DNA of 59,317 nucleotides, counting the filler. It is 5 parts of 5 records of this genome, joined end to end, with 100 filler letters (N's around TTAATTAATTAA, not from the genome) between each part and the next. Parts side by side here need not be neighbours in the genome. Positions count along the whole stretch, not along the records: positions 1 to 25,342 come from SRR20825006_1904; 4 more parts are not named here. The stretch is one strand, 5' to 3'. The notes under the pieces were generated by a model. That model was not told the DNA's origin. It made no database searches and worked only from the letters and a program-made list of their open reading frames with translations. The position numbers were made by a program, and so were the translations under genes. Positions 1-11,342 of the stretch are shown piece after piece (the first letter of the stretch is position 1; every line of letters begins with the position of its first letter).

Positions 1-13
1 GATGTGTTGGTTT

Positions 14-41
14 TCGAAACTCGCTTCTCGTGACTCGAAAC
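14..41. repeat. Degenerate heptamer tandem array (tcgaaac/tcgcttc/tcgtgac/tcgaaac)
   Basis: 7-bp periodicity read directly downstream of hldE. Confidence 0.55.
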
Positions 42-47
42 TGGGTT

Positions 48-75
48 GTTCGCGCCTCAAGCGACGCCCCCACAG
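48..75 (-). repeat. REP-like element (GTGG-type)
   Basis: Minus strand CTGTGGGGGCGTCGCTTGAGGCGCGAAC: GTRG head, short palindrome and GCGAAC tail, like the REPs at 24895 and 34875. Confidence 0.6.
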
Positions 76-92
76 ACGCTTCGTAGAAAAGG

Positions 93-1520
93 TCAGTCCT
101 GACGAATGCGTTCAACGATCTTGGTGGTAGAAATGTCATCGATAAAATCGAGCACCTTCACCTCGCCGCCATAGCCTTTCACAAACTCGTGACCCACGAC
201 CTGATCCACGCTGTAGTCACCGCCTTTCACCAGCACATCCGGCTTGATGGATTCCAGCAGCGGCTCCGGTGTATCCGTATCGAACGACACCACCCAGTCC
301 ACCGCTTCCAGCGCGGCCAGCACGGCCATGCGGCGCTCAAGCGGATTAATCGGCCGGCCCGGCCCTTTCAAGCGGCGAATCGATTCATCACCGTTGACGG
401 CCAGCACCAAGCGATCCCCCTGCCGACGAGCCGTATCCAGATAGCCCACGTGGCCAGCATGAATGATGTCGAAGCAGCCATTGGTGAACACGATTTTCTC
501 CCCCTGGGCGCGGGCATCCTCGATGGCGATCAACAGCTGTGCTTCGGTCATCACTCCACGGCCCAGCCCACCTTCCTGGTGCACCGCCCGGCGCAGCTCT
601 GGCGCAGACACCACGGCAGTACCCAGTTTGCCGACCACGATACCGGCGGCGATATTGGCCAGCGCGACGGCATCTTCCATGGCAGCACCCGCCGCCAGCG
701 ACACCGCCAGCACGGAAATAACGGTATCCCCGGCGCCGGTCACATCAAACACTTCCCGGGCCCGGGCCGGCAGGTGCAGTTCTGGTTGGCCATCGCGGAG
801 CAGGGTCATGCCTTTCTCGCTGCGCGTGACCAACATGGCTTGCAGATCCAGATCACGGATCAGCTGCTGGCCCTTGGCAATCAGGTCCTGCTCATCCTTT
901 ACTGCCCCTACCACAGCTTCAAACTCACTCAGGTTCGGCGTCAGCAGGGTCGCCCCGCGATAGGGCTCAAAATCGGTACCCTTGGGATCCACCAGCACCG
1001 GCACACCCGCTTCACGGGCCAGCGCAATCAGGCCGGGACAATCACGCAGGGCGCCTTTGGCATAATCCGACAACACCAGCGCCCCACAGTGAGATAACTG
1101 CTGCTTTACCTGCTCGGCAAACGGTGCTGGGTCCTGGTTGTGGAACGCTTCCTCAAAATCCAACCGCAGCAGTTGCTGCTGACGACTGATCACCCTCAAT
1201 TTGGTAATCGTGGGCAGCCCGTCCACTTTCTGGAAGTGACAGCCCACTTCCGCCGCCACCAGCCGCTCTTCCAGAATCGAGGCGGCTTCATCATTGCCCG
1301 TCACCCCGACCAGCTCTGCACGGGCGCCCAGGGCGGCCATGTTCAATGCCACGTTGGCGGCACCACCGGGGCGGTCTTCCAGCTCGGTAACGCGCACCAC
1401 CGGCACCGGTGCTTCCGGCGAAATGCGGCCGGTGGGGCCGTGCCAATAACGATCAAGCATGACATCGCCAGCCACCAGAACGCGGGCCTGGGCAAAAGAG
1501 GGAATTTGCGGGTTTTGCAT
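93..1520 (-). CDS. hldE: Bifunctional D-beta-D-heptose 7-phosphate kinase / heptose 1-phosphate adenylyltransferase
   Basis: [26 protein letters not shown] and [14 protein letters not shown] motifs; start moved to ATG 1520 behind a GGAGA RBS. Confidence 0.97.
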   Translation of the reverse strand: MQNPQIPSFAQARVLVAGDVMLDRYWHGPTGRISPEAPVPVVRVTELEDRPGGAANVALNMAALGARAELVGVTGNDEAASILEERLVAAEVGCHFQKVDGLPTITKLRVISRQQQLLRLDFEEAFHNQDPAPFAEQVKQQLSHCGALVLSDYAKGALRDCPGLIALAREAGVPVLVDPKGTDFEPYRGATLLTPNLSEFEAVVGAVKDEQDLIAKGQQLIRDLDLQAMLVTRSEKGMTLLRDGQPELHLPARAREVFDVTGAGDTVISVLAVSLAAGAAMEDAVALANIAAGIVVGKLGTAVVSAPELRRAVHQEGGLGRGVMTEAQLLIAIEDARAQGEKIVFTNGCFDIIHAGHVGYLDTARRQGDRLVLAVNGDESIRRLKGPGRPINPLERRMAVLAALEAVDWVVSFDTDTPEPLLESIKPDVLVKGGDYSVDQVVGHEFVKGYGGEVKVLDFIDDISTTKIVERIRQD

Positions 1521-1709
1521 CAATGTCTCCAAAAGACAACAGAGCCGAATTGCCCGCAATTGTAGCATAGCGGTGGAGGCAAACAGGTTCTAACAGTACA
1601 CTTCGCGGCACGCCGCTACCTGCTGACCAGGCACAACAATTACGCATCGCCACGCTGTCAGGGTATCATTCAGCAACTCTTGGCCAATTTCGGAGCAACA
1701 GGACACTCT

Positions 1710-2876
1710 ATGCCGCCACTGCCCCCCAACATCATGCAAGGTCGCTGGTTACGCTGGTGGCTGACATTGTCATTTGCGGTGATGTTCAGCGGCGTATTCC
1801 TGTTCAACTCCCGCATCGGCCTGCTCAACGTGCTTGATGTGCTGTTCTTTCTGCCCGGGCTGACCCTGCTTACCCGCGCGGTGGTCAGTGGTGACCACCG
1901 GCTGATGACCTCGCCCTTTCTGGTTCCGCTCTATCTATTACTCGCCTGGGCCCTGCTCAGCCTGGCCTGGGCAGAGGAACCCAACTCCTCGCGGACGGTG
2001 CGCGGCGTGGTGCAAATCGTGGTCATGGTGGGCCTGTTCCGCTGGCTGCACCTCTATTTCCGCAACACCTTCAAGCAAGCCATGGCCAACGGTGCTCTGT
2101 GCGCCATGGTCGTGGCCACGGTGGTGATGGTCAGCTATTACACCACCCAGCCGTTCAGCAGCCCTCTGTTCAGTGAGCCTGCCAACCTGATTTTCCGCAT
2201 GCCTTCCCTTGATCCCTCCCTGGCGCTGATGGCCATGGTGGCACCAACCTTCATCCTGCTGGCCCAAGGCATGGAAGAAGGCGCCTCAGGGAAAGGCGGA
2301 CGCCGGCTGGTCGGTGCTGCGATCGGGTTTGGTTTCTTGTGTCTGACGTCGTTACCGCTGGGGTTGATGAGCCTCATGCTCGGCATTGCCTGGCTGATCA
2401 GCCGCGGTCCGCGCCGCTTGCTGAGCCTGATCCCGCTGGTGGCGGCCCTCTACCTGATGGTAGAAGGCAGCCACAGCGTGACAGTGATCAACTACTTTAC
2501 CCACCCTCTTATTGGTAACGGGTTGAACCATGAAACCCTGAACGGTGTGCTGGCCCATGATGGCGGCCACTTACGCACACTGGCGCACCCGCGCAACATC
2601 TTCCTGCTACTGATCCACGGGCTGGGGCTGATTGGCCTGGTGCTGTTCATTGCGAGCTGGGCAAGCCCACTCACCGCACTACTGCAACGACAGATCAACT
2701 GGCATGAGAATGCCGCCTACACCATTGCTGTGGTGCCCGGCCTGTGCATGACATACGCGGCCGGCGCTTATTTGATGGTGCCATTTCAGGCCAGCTGGCT
2801 GAGCCTGTGGTTGCCGCTGGCGCTGTTGCTGGCTCGCCTCAGCGAACGCCCTGCCATCCGCCCGAACAGCCGCTGA
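1710..2876 (+). CDS. O-antigen ligase (WaaL/Wzy_C)-like polytopic membrane protein
   Basis: Many TM segments; HPLIGNG and HPRNIFL..GLGLIGL motifs; LPS context. Confidence 0.7.
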   Translation: MPPLPPNIMQGRWLRWWLTLSFAVMFSGVFLFNSRIGLLNVLDVLFFLPGLTLLTRAVVSGDHRLMTSPFLVPLYLLLAWALLSLAWAEEPNSSRTVRGVVQIVVMVGLFRWLHLYFRNTFKQAMANGALCAMVVATVVMVSYYTTQPFSSPLFSEPANLIFRMPSLDPSLALMAMVAPTFILLAQGMEEGASGKGGRRLVGAAIGFGFLCLTSLPLGLMSLMLGIAWLISRGPRRLLSLIPLVAALYLMVEGSHSVTVINYFTHPLIGNGLNHETLNGVLAHDGGHLRTLAHPRNIFLLLIHGLGLIGLVLFIASWASPLTALLQRQINWHENAAYTIAVVPGLCMTYAAGAYLMVPFQASWLSLWLPLALLLARLSERPAIRPNSR

Positions 2877-2883
2877 GAGCCTC

Positions 2884-3798
2884 ATGGGAAAACGTACCAA
2901 CCGCCCCTCACGGCTCTCCGATCCTCGCCTTTATCCAAGCTGGGTTGGTGCTGGCCTGTTCTGGCTGATCGGGCAACTGCCCTGGAATCTGCTGCTCGCA
3001 GCAGGACGAGGCCTTGGCCGTCTCGCCTGGCATCTGGCAAAAAACCGCCGCCATGTTGTGCAAACCAACATCCGACTTTGTTTTCCTGAATTAACCCCGC
3101 AAGAACAGGAAGCATTAGCCCGCCGCTGCATGATCAGCACCGGTGAAGCCATTCTGGAAATGGCCGGCAGCTTCAGCAACCACCGTATCAAGCTGGCTGA
3201 GCGGCTGTCCATCAAAGGCATGGAGCACATCAGGAATGCCCAAGCGGCGGGGCAGGGGGTGTTATTGCTGGGCATGCACTTTAACAGTGTGGATGTGGGC
3301 TCGCGCCTACTGAGCTACGCCCTGGATATTAATGCGGTCTACCGCCCCAACGACAACCCGGTGATTGACCGCCTGATTAACAAAGGCCGTCAAAAATACG
3401 TGGAAGGGGTCGTTGATCGCATGGACATCCGCCAAATTGTGCGCCTGCTGAGAAACGGAAAAGTTGTCTGGTACGCCCCGGATCAGGACTATGGCACCGC
3501 CCATGCGGTCTATGTGCCTTTCTTCGGCATCCCTGCCGCCACTATCACCGCCACCAGCCGCATCGCCCGCATGGGCAAGGCCGCAGTCATCCCCTGCGCG
3601 CACTATCGCTTACCCGGCGGCCGCTACGAAATCGAATTCGGCCCGGCGCTGGAAGACTTTCCCTGCGGTGACGATGAACAGGACACCGCTCGCATCAATA
3701 GCACCATTGAAGGCTACGTGCGCAAATGCCCGGAGCAGTATCTGTGGGTGCACAAGCGGTTCAAGCACCAGCCCGCTGGCCAGCCGAAGCGTTATTAA
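2884..3798 (+). CDS. lpxL: Lipid A lauroyl/palmitoleoyl acyltransferase
   Basis: MHFNSVD (HxxxxD), WYAPDQDYG and PEQYLWVHKRFK motifs. Confidence 0.9.
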   Translation: MGKRTNRPSRLSDPRLYPSWVGAGLFWLIGQLPWNLLLAAGRGLGRLAWHLAKNRRHVVQTNIRLCFPELTPQEQEALARRCMISTGEAILEMAGSFSNHRIKLAERLSIKGMEHIRNAQAAGQGVLLLGMHFNSVDVGSRLLSYALDINAVYRPNDNPVIDRLINKGRQKYVEGVVDRMDIRQIVRLLRNGKVVWYAPDQDYGTAHAVYVPFFGIPAATITATSRIARMGKAAVIPCAHYRLPGGRYEIEFGPALEDFPCGDDEQDTARINSTIEGYVRKCPEQYLWVHKRFKHQPAGQPKRY

Positions 3799-4958
3799 TG
3801 AGTTCACTTGAAACCCGTACCGACCGTTTTTTTTCTGTCTGGCTAATCATCGGATTCCTGCTCTATGCGTTTGGTTTTTTCCTCGCACCATCCAGCAAGG
3901 CGCAATATCTAACCCTTTATATTGGATTAATTTTGCCGGCCCTGTATTTCTCCTTCTTTCACTTCAAGCAGTATTTCCTGGAAAATGACAAGACCCTCCT
4001 GTGGATCCTGTTTATCACTGTCGCCTTGTACCTCCCCTCTGCCTGGGCAGACGGAGATATACTGGACACGCTCCGAAAGAACCTTAAAGGGGTCTTGTTC
4101 GTTGTATGCCTGTCAATCGCGGTACGGCACACCTACCTCACATCGCCACGACTTATTGGGCAATTGCCTGCTGCGCTTCTCGGCTGCGGGGCAATCGCGC
4201 TCGCCCTGTTCTATATTAAATTGGCGCAATCAGGAGTCGTGAGCGGAGGCGTACCAGGAATGGGCAACCTTGGAGAAAATCCCAACGAGACCGGGCTCGC
4301 GCTTTCAGTTGCATTGATTATTCTTGCTAGCTCCATGGCTCGCAAACCGTCCCCAGCAGGCATGCTACTTTGCCTGACATTTCTCATTGCCATTTATCTG
4401 GCCTATAGCAGGGCCGCTCTCTTGGGGCTCGCCGTTACACTGCCGTTCATGCTACTCCACCAATACGGCAAACCTCGGGCCGCCACGACCTTTCTTGTAT
4501 GCTGCAGTGTAGGCGCCATCGCCGTAGCAGGAATGATGCTGATGGGAGAGCTGGACGCCGACAAACTCCTGAGCCGGCGCCCCAGCCTGTGGAAGGATTT
4601 TCTTTCGCACAATTCCGGCTTTCACTGGGCCTGGGGGGCCGGCCTGCCAGGCAGCATTACGGTTTTCTCGGAGATATTGCAGCGCAAGCTTGAACCGCAC
4701 AGTCTGTATTTCGCCCTAGGCCTAAGAGGAGGAATTCTTGCAATTACACTATTCCTTGGACTGGTGCTTGCAGCTGTCATTAGACATGGCATCAAACCCT
4801 CTTCAAATAGCGTCTGGCTCTATATACTGATGTTCGGCATGATTACCCAATGTTTTGAGGGCGTTTATCCAGTAAGGCCGCCGAACAGCTTCTGGCTGTA
4901 TACTTGGCTTCCACTCTTTATGTTGTTGCTTACTACCAACAAGAATCCGGATCGCTGA
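3798..4958 (+). CDS. Second O-antigen ligase-like membrane protein
   Basis: TAATG overlap with lpxL; ENPN, YSRAALLG, R..LW and PHSLY..GG motifs. Confidence 0.75.
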   Translation: MSSLETRTDRFFSVWLIIGFLLYAFGFFLAPSSKAQYLTLYIGLILPALYFSFFHFKQYFLENDKTLLWILFITVALYLPSAWADGDILDTLRKNLKGVLFVVCLSIAVRHTYLTSPRLIGQLPAALLGCGAIALALFYIKLAQSGVVSGGVPGMGNLGENPNETGLALSVALIILASSMARKPSPAGMLLCLTFLIAIYLAYSRAALLGLAVTLPFMLLHQYGKPRAATTFLVCCSVGAIAVAGMMLMGELDADKLLSRRPSLWKDFLSHNSGFHWAWGAGLPGSITVFSEILQRKLEPHSLYFALGLRGGILAITLFLGLVLAAVIRHGIKPSSNSVWLYILMFGMITQCFEGVYPVRPPNSFWLYTWLPLFMLLLTTNKNPDR

Positions 4959-5735
4959 ATGTCTGCGCAAATACAACGCTATAATATTCTTGCTATTGCG
5001 CAACCCGCCGAGGTCCAGCGCAGAAGGCATCTGGACGAAATGCTGTCGTCTCTTGGCATGCAGTATCAGCTTGTCAAAACATCACCACCGGTGCCTCAGA
5101 GCCAGTGGCACGAAGTCGGTTTCGATCATGAAAAATCTCGCTCTATCCTGGGACGAGACCTTTCCTGCGGAGAAATCGGCTGCTTTCTCAGCCATCGCAA
5201 TGCCTGGAAGGTTGCAGCCAATGCAAACTCGCCCTCCTTGATACTGGAAGGCGATGCAAAACTGGACCAGGATTCGCGAAATGTCTGCCAACTGCTCGCC
5301 CAGCGCGCCAGAAGCTGGGAACTGGCCATGCTGTATTACTCCAAATGCGTACCTTCTGTCTGGCAGCAACAACGATTGGACGATACGTTCCGATTAGCGA
5401 AGTTTGCCAACCGACGGGCATACTGCCTGGCAGCCTACATGGTCACCCCTGAAGGGGCGCAAAAACTACTGAATATGAGCGAAACATTTTACTTGCCGGC
5501 CGATGATTTTGTTTCCGGGGGATGGATCAGAAAAGACCTGGATATGTATGCCGTGATTCCTCAGGCGGCCGACCTTTGTGAAATTCAATCGTGCCATTCC
5601 AACCTGGAAGTCGGACGGCAAAAAAACAAGAAGCGCAAACACAAGAAAAAAGATAACACTCAACTTCTACGCCGGCTGGAGCTCTATCTGAGAGAGCTGG
5701 GCCAGCGATATCGCTGGCCACGTAAAAGCCTTTAG
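4959..5735 (+). CDS. Glycosyltransferase family 25 (LPS biosynthesis)
   Basis: [20 protein letters not shown] and [17 protein letters not shown] motifs. Confidence 0.85.
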   Translation: MSAQIQRYNILAIAQPAEVQRRRHLDEMLSSLGMQYQLVKTSPPVPQSQWHEVGFDHEKSRSILGRDLSCGEIGCFLSHRNAWKVAANANSPSLILEGDAKLDQDSRNVCQLLAQRARSWELAMLYYSKCVPSVWQQQRLDDTFRLAKFANRRAYCLAAYMVTPEGAQKLLNMSETFYLPADDFVSGGWIRKDLDMYAVIPQAADLCEIQSCHSNLEVGRQKNKKRKHKKKDNTQLLRRLELYLRELGQRYRWPRKSL

Positions 5736-6256
5736 GGCGACCCTCCCTGGTCAAGCGCCTTGATAACTCGAGCGGGAACGCCACCGACTAACGTCAGGGC
5801 CGGAACCGGACGATTGACCACCGCTCCCGCTGCCACAACCGCGCCATCCCCGATTTCGACACCCGCAGTAATTATCGCGCCAGCACCGATCCATACATCC
5901 TTGCCGATAGTAATGGGCGCACCGGTAGTGCCGCGGCGACCCTTTTCATTCAGATAAAGGCTGTGTTGCGCGCCCTCGAAACATACACGCGGCCCGATAC
6001 GACACCGCTCTCCCAGTGTTATCGACGCTTTCGGACAAGCAAACCGCACCTCGGTATTAATAAAGCAGCCCTTGCCAATATGCACCTTCCCGGCCCCTCC
6101 GATGGGACGAAGCGTCACAGGTCCATACACCGTCGAACGGCCCTGCATATCCATGCCTGCAGCCTTGAGCAGTAGCCAGCGAATCTTGTCGCTGAACTTC
6201 AACCGCGGAAGATGATTAGCCAGCCCCAGAAACAGAAACTCCCGCCACTGCTGCAT
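5732..6256 (-). CDS. Hexapeptide-repeat O-acetyltransferase
   Basis: [42 protein letters not shown] motif. Confidence 0.85.
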   Translation of the reverse strand: MQQWREFLFLGLANHLPRLKFSDKIRWLLLKAAGMDMQGRSTVYGPVTLRPIGGAGKVHIGKGCFINTEVRFACPKASITLGERCRIGPRVCFEGAQHSLYLNEKGRRGTTGAPITIGKDVWIGAGAIITAGVEIGDGAVVAAGAVVNRPVPALTLVGGVPARVIKALDQGGSP

Positions 6257-6258
6257 GG

Positions 6259-7035
6259 CTATAACCCCCTTGCCCTGAAATAACGGCGCCGCTTGCCCAC
6301 AAAACGAAACTTTTGCTCAAGATGCTTCCAGAATTCCGAGGAATCCGAATACCGACAAGGAAAGTCGTTCGCTTCGATACCCTCAAGACATTCCTTCCAC
6401 TGGTTATCTTCCTCGTAACCATGCTCGACCAGATCGGCCAGCAGCTGAGGATAACGCTCCACCTGCTGCTTGAGACGTGGCAGGTGCTCTTTCCAACCAG
6501 CAATCCTGGATAAATCCACCTCACGTACGCCGCCGAGCGCGTTCTGTGCATCCTCACCTGCGCGGGCAACTTCATGGAAGCGATTGAAATCGTGCGCACG
6601 CGACAGAAAGGGAAATTGCGCTTCTATTTGCGCCTGTACCTTCATGGGATCACGGACCAGATCCTCATAACGCAGCAACAATACACGAGGGTGTTCGGCA
6701 ATCGCTGCCGCACCTTTCTCCGCCCGCTTCCATACCGGGTAATTGCAAAAGTACATGCCTGGCCAGGCCTTGTGCATGCTGCAAATCACCGAGCGGGGAT
6801 CGCGCAACATGACGATCACATGCAAGGCAGGGTCACGCTCAAGCAGCGGCGCCATCCACAACACATCATTGGGTTTCTTGGAAAGGCGTAATCCCTGTTC
6901 ATGGGGCGCCACCTTGAAAATGGTTTCTTCATGATCAGAGTGCCCCTGATGGGGGTAGCAGGCCACCAGCATTTCCGCCATCAATGTCGTGCCACTGCGC
7001 GGACAGCCCACCACATGGAGATTGATCGCATTCAT
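6259..7035 (-). CDS. Sulfotransferase-family protein
   Basis: 5'-PSB loop GCPRSGTTL, 3'-[11 protein letters not shown] and LRYEDLV..P. Confidence 0.8.
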   Translation of the reverse strand: MNAINLHVVGCPRSGTTLMAEMLVACYPHQGHSDHEETIFKVAPHEQGLRLSKKPNDVLWMAPLLERDPALHVIVMLRDPRSVICSMHKAWPGMYFCNYPVWKRAEKGAAAIAEHPRVLLLRYEDLVRDPMKVQAQIEAQFPFLSRAHDFNRFHEVARAGEDAQNALGGVREVDLSRIAGWKEHLPRLKQQVERYPQLLADLVEHGYEEDNQWKECLEGIEANDFPCRYSDSSEFWKHLEQKFRFVGKRRRYFRARGL

Positions 7036-7985
7036 TTACCTGCTCCCAGAATCTTTAACCGGTCACGCCAGGTGATCGAAGGGGCCGGCTGAATCTCTGC
7101 CGACAGCAGCGCCGGAAATGCTGCCGCCCGGTCGACCCAGCGATGCTGCCTTGTCACCAACGCCTGCCCTGCACGGGCTATACGCTCTGCTGCCGGAGAA
7201 TCTGACGCCAGCCAGGCAAGCTTCTCCTCCAGCTCTTGCTCGCTGTCATACAGGACCACATTTTCACCTTCGACAAAACCCAGTGCAGCCTGCTCCTGCT
7301 CGGGCTGGCGCCAGGCAACCAGCAAACAGCCTGCTGCCATGGCTTCAAAATTCTTGATCATATACTCGCCGAAACCGATATCCGCGCTGACAAAACAACG
7401 GATCTGGTTAAGCAAACGGTTATAGGGTTCACCAGGGTCCGCACGCAACAACGCCACCCGCCCCAGCTTCTCTTGGCGCAGAAGGAACCGTTTGCGCTTC
7501 TTGTATACCTTGTTCTTCACCCTGCCCACGAAAGCGGCAACCTCTGCTCGCGGGATACCGAGATCGGTAATGACCTTGTTGTCATAACCCTTGGGCAAAT
7601 AGCAGGCATCAATGCCTTCGCTTCGTAACTGGTTCGCCAGTTGCGATCCAGACACAATAATCCGGACCTCACCGATATCTCGCAGCACAGAAGGATAGCG
7701 TTTGTACCATTCACTGGAAGACACATTGTTCTGACACACATCGTGATCAAACACGACCAGCCCGGGGGCTCGCTTCAGACACTGGTAGCGTTTACCAAGA
7801 CGACGCAGATTTGTGTCTGCGATAACCCTGTCGTAACCGCTGAAATCTGCCCCATTGAAATACGACTCAAGACCGTGCTCCCGTGTCACTTCCACATGAT
7901 CGAAGTCAAACACTTCCCGGGCCGCCTCCCACAACGGGCGCGTCACCATCAACTTGCCATCGGTGGACACAATCAGGGTCTTCAT
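7032..7985 (-). CDS. Glycosyltransferase (GT-B, Glyco_trans_1_2-like)
   Basis: EYMIKNFEAMAAGC..GENVVLY..IARAGQ..H.W motif. Confidence 0.8.
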   Translation of the reverse strand: MKTLIVSTDGKLMVTRPLWEAAREVFDFDHVEVTREHGLESYFNGADFSGYDRVIADTNLRRLGKRYQCLKRAPGLVVFDHDVCQNNVSSSEWYKRYPSVLRDIGEVRIIVSGSQLANQLRSEGIDACYLPKGYDNKVITDLGIPRAEVAAFVGRVKNKVYKKRKRFLLRQEKLGRVALLRADPGEPYNRLLNQIRCFVSADIGFGEYMIKNFEAMAAGCLLVAWRQPEQEQAALGFVEGENVVLYDSEQELEEKLAWLASDSPAAERIARAGQALVTRQHRWVDRAAAFPALLSAEIQPAPSITWRDRLKILGAGK

Positions 7986-9409
7986 AACCAGCTCTCAATC
8001 GATTTCAGTCGGGCCTGATAATAACTTTCGAATTCCTGCTCTGCCCCTGCTGCCAGTGCCTCACGGGGCTTCCAGCTCTCAAACAACCGCCTACGCTGTG
8101 CCTCCAGAGCGTGAGGCAGTGCGCCCCCCGGGAAGCGCACCATGCCATCCAGATCGATAACCTGCAGGACACCATCAACAAAAAGAAAATTAGTGTACTT
8201 GCTATCCCCATGACTGAAACGCATCAAAAGCATGGTTGCGAAAAAGTCGGCCATCTGCCTGAGCGCTTTCTCCCGGAACGGCCCGCCTTCTTCACAAATC
8301 TCAGGCAGCATGCGCCCATTTACATGTTCACAGACAAGATATTCTCTGCCCGTCAGCCCCTTACTTTTCTCCGACACGAAGCACAATGCCCGGGGAGTAT
8401 GAACATGCACAAGCGTCAAATAGCTCGCATTCATCCAGGAATTCCGTGCCCGACTGCGAAACTGTCTGGCCAGTCTTTTGGCAAAATTCTTCAGGTTATA
8501 GCGCTTGATCACTACCGGCTCTGCGCCGATATCGACACGCCATACCGTGGCGCTGTTTCCATCCTTGAGGTTCTCACTGCCGGGTAAAGTGTTATCCAAT
8601 CCCCTCTCCAGCAAGCCCTTCACTTTTTCCAGGTCGCCACGTCGACACATACCCGTAAGGCCTGGCACATGAAGCTCCGCAAACTCGGTGCAGTCGCGCA
8701 AGGATTTCTTGACCAGTTTGCGCAAGCGCTTGTCACGGACCCCCGCCAGCTTTCGGGCAATGTCTCTGGCACTGAAAATACCGCCATACCAACGAGCGAC
8801 CCTGTCAGCAGAGGGCAAAGACAAAGGCGGAAACTGGGCCAGAAGCAGGGCAAGATTATCCAAAGCGGCGCGAGCAGAGGGCGGGCCTTCTGACACCTGG
8901 ATATCACCCGCATCAATTACGTACCAGTTATCACCATGCTGAATAAAATTATTCAGATGGATATCCCGCTGCAGCGCCCCGGCCTTATGCATCCGGGCAG
9001 TCAACTCCACCAGAGACTGCAGCAAGACCTGATGCCCGGGCTCATCCGCCTCCTTCAGGACGATGCCCGCAGAACGCTCACCCAAATGCTCGAGCAACAA
9101 CATCGCCCCCTGGTCTTCCTCTTGAGCGACCAGAATATTGGGGGCAGGAATTCCTCGTTGTTGCAGATCCTCCAGAACACGCTTTTCACGGCTGAATTCC
9201 GTTATGGATCGAGAGGCCCGCGAAAAAATCTTGATGACGACCCGCGCCCCCGCTGCAGTCTGCCCTGCATAAATGGCTCGCCTTGAAGGCATGAAACGCA
9301 GCAGCTTTTCCACCCGAATTGCCGACTCACCCACTATCAGGGTCGCGGGCAACCCCGGCGTGCGGGTCGCCAGCAACATCTCCACAGAAACCTCAGGTGC
9401 TACCGCCAT
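7982..9409 (-). CDS. Tandem-domain LPS kinase (Kdo/WaaP/InaA family)
   Basis: Two kinase-like halves: QRDIHLNNF..IDAG and HGDSKYTNF..IDLD. Confidence 0.8.
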   Translation of the reverse strand: MAVAPEVSVEMLLATRTPGLPATLIVGESAIRVEKLLRFMPSRRAIYAGQTAAGARVVIKIFSRASRSITEFSREKRVLEDLQQRGIPAPNILVAQEEDQGAMLLLEHLGERSAGIVLKEADEPGHQVLLQSLVELTARMHKAGALQRDIHLNNFIQHGDNWYVIDAGDIQVSEGPPSARAALDNLALLLAQFPPLSLPSADRVARWYGGIFSARDIARKLAGVRDKRLRKLVKKSLRDCTEFAELHVPGLTGMCRRGDLEKVKGLLERGLDNTLPGSENLKDGNSATVWRVDIGAEPVVIKRYNLKNFAKRLARQFRSRARNSWMNASYLTLVHVHTPRALCFVSEKSKGLTGREYLVCEHVNGRMLPEICEEGGPFREKALRQMADFFATMLLMRFSHGDSKYTNFLFVDGVLQVIDLDGMVRFPGGALPHALEAQRRRLFESWKPREALAAGAEQEFESYYQARLKSIESWL

Positions 9410-10254
9410 CAGATATCTTTCCCCGGGTGCTCGTTGAATTGCAGAGGCAACCGGGGTTCTACCTCAAAATAGCGGCGATAGATTTTTTCTGCCTCGCGAC
9501 GCGCAGCGCCCCAGAGCGACACATCCTCCAGAGCCTGACGTAATGGCAAACCGGAATAAACCCGAATGAAACGCAATATATCCCGCCGCGTCATGCCGAA
9601 GCGGGCAGTAGAGAAATACAGCCCGCCCAGATCCTTTATCTGCCAGCGTCGCGGCACTTTGCTGCGAACCTGAGAGCGATGAAGGTCGATAAGATACATA
9701 CGCCCAGTTGCCACTTGCTGCTGCACATCCTCCTCGGGCATGAGAAAGTGCGCAAGATAGAAATCCCGGTGGTTGATACCGGCCTGATGCATGATCCGGG
9801 CAATATCCGCAACCCTCTCAATCAGGGCGCGCTTGAACTGCGTCGGCATCTCACCGGCTTGCACCCAGCGCTCCCCCACTTCTTCCAGACTCAGCGTTTT
9901 GGTAAGATCATCGGTAACGATAAACGATTCAATCGAAGCCGGGTTGACACCGCGACTTCCAAACGCCGCCACGGTCATGGTGTCCAGTCCAGCGGCACGA
10001 ACCGCATTAATGGCTCTTACTTCATCCATGGCGCCCAATACCGGCAATTTACCCTGGGTGAAGTTCTTGAAAATTTCTTTCCAGCCGATGCCACCGTGGT
10101 ATTTGAGAAAATAGCTGCGCCCATCACCATGAAAGCGAAGTGTTCTCCGTCCCTCACGGGCCCGGAAAATATCACCGTCCTGCCGGGCCGCCTCGGCAAA
10201 GGGATCACCCTCACCCCAAAGGGCATCAATATCCTCGCGCAAAAACAGTTTCAC
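9409..10254 (-). CDS. waaP: LPS core heptose(I) kinase
   Basis: GRRTLRF, YFLKYH.GIGWKEIFKN, NHRDFYLAHFL and IDLHR; GTG start overlaps the waaG stop. Confidence 0.92.
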   Translation of the reverse strand: MKLFLREDIDALWGEGDPFAEAARQDGDIFRAREGRRTLRFHGDGRSYFLKYHGGIGWKEIFKNFTQGKLPVLGAMDEVRAINAVRAAGLDTMTVAAFGSRGVNPASIESFIVTDDLTKTLSLEEVGERWVQAGEMPTQFKRALIERVADIARIMHQAGINHRDFYLAHFLMPEEDVQQQVATGRMYLIDLHRSQVRSKVPRRWQIKDLGGLYFSTARFGMTRRDILRFIRVYSGLPLRQALEDVSLWGAARREAEKIYRRYFEVEPRLPLQFNEHPGKDI

Positions 10255-11342
10255 CGGCCAACCTCCACGGCATCGACTACGTTCTGCGCCAGACGATAAA
10301 GCGCCGGCGAGGAGCCATACTCCAGCCCCGCCGCCTGCCATCCCCCCGGCACACTGCCTATCATTTTCTGTAGCGTCTGGTTGAGATCGCGCTGGCTAAA
10401 CGGCGACGGGATCACTTCTCCGGAGCCCGCCTCCTTCACATAACAAGCATAACCGCAGGTATCCGTCGTCAATACCGGCAGACCCGCCACAGTGGCTTCT
10501 ATCAACACCATACCCGCGGATTCCCGGTAGGCTGGATGCAACAACAAATCTGCGGCTTGCATGAGTGCCGGCACATCGTCACGGGGACCCAACACGACAA
10601 CCCTGTTTCGGATGGTTTCGTCCACGCCACTCAGGTATGGCTCGGCATCGTCGTTCCCGACGATCATTAACTTCGTGCTATCAGGCAATTCCGCAAACGC
10701 CGCCAGCACCCGATCCAGGCCCTTCACCTTGAAACCAGACCCCAGGAAGAGGATAAGCGACTCGTTATCGGCGACAGCCAGCTCGCGACGAACCTGGTTT
10801 CTGAGTTCCTCATAATTCTCCGGGCGGCGTCGATCCGGCTCAATGCCGGGCGGCAGCACCTGATAGCGGGAAGCAGGCAGAGGGTAATGATTCAGGTACT
10901 GATCCCGCTGATCGTCATTGAGAAAAAGCAAATGGGGGCCCGTGGCCGCCATTACCTGCTCTTCCAGTTTGAGATAGGCAGCATAGCGGGGTAGCCAACG
11001 GACAAGGGGGAACTTGCCCGCCACGTGAGCAGCAAAGCAACTGTCAGCAGCAAAATACACATCCAACCCGGGAAGGCGGTTAAAGCCCAGCACCCGGTCA
11101 TAGCCCCCGGCTTCGACCGCCCGCTGTACGGCGCCCGCAAAACTGGCCATACGTCCATGATTGCTTCGCCCGGACACAGGTAGAACATGAAGGTCCACGC
11201 CCTCAATGAAATCCCCCTGCCATTCACTGACGAGGGCCTCAACCTCGTGACCTCGGGATACCGCTTCACGGGCAATACGGGCAAAATCCCGCTGCAAGCC
11301 GCCCCAGGGGAAATAGTGATAGAGCACCATCGCCAGCTTCAC
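10251..11342 (-). CDS. waaG: LPS core glucosyltransferase (GT4)
   Basis: YFPWGGLQRDF, GSGFKVKGLDR and HPAYRESAGMVLIEA motifs. Confidence 0.92.
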   Translation of the reverse strand: MKLAMVLYHYFPWGGLQRDFARIAREAVSRGHEVEALVSEWQGDFIEGVDLHVLPVSGRSNHGRMASFAGAVQRAVEAGGYDRVLGFNRLPGLDVYFAADSCFAAHVAGKFPLVRWLPRYAAYLKLEEQVMAATGPHLLFLNDDQRDQYLNHYPLPASRYQVLPPGIEPDRRRPENYEELRNQVRRELAVADNESLILFLGSGFKVKGLDRVLAAFAELPDSTKLMIVGNDDAEPYLSGVDETIRNRVVVLGPRDDVPALMQAADLLLHPAYRESAGMVLIEATVAGLPVLTTDTCGYACYVKEAGSGEVIPSPFSQRDLNQTLQKMIGSVPGGWQAAGLEYGSSPALYRLAQNVVDAVEVGR

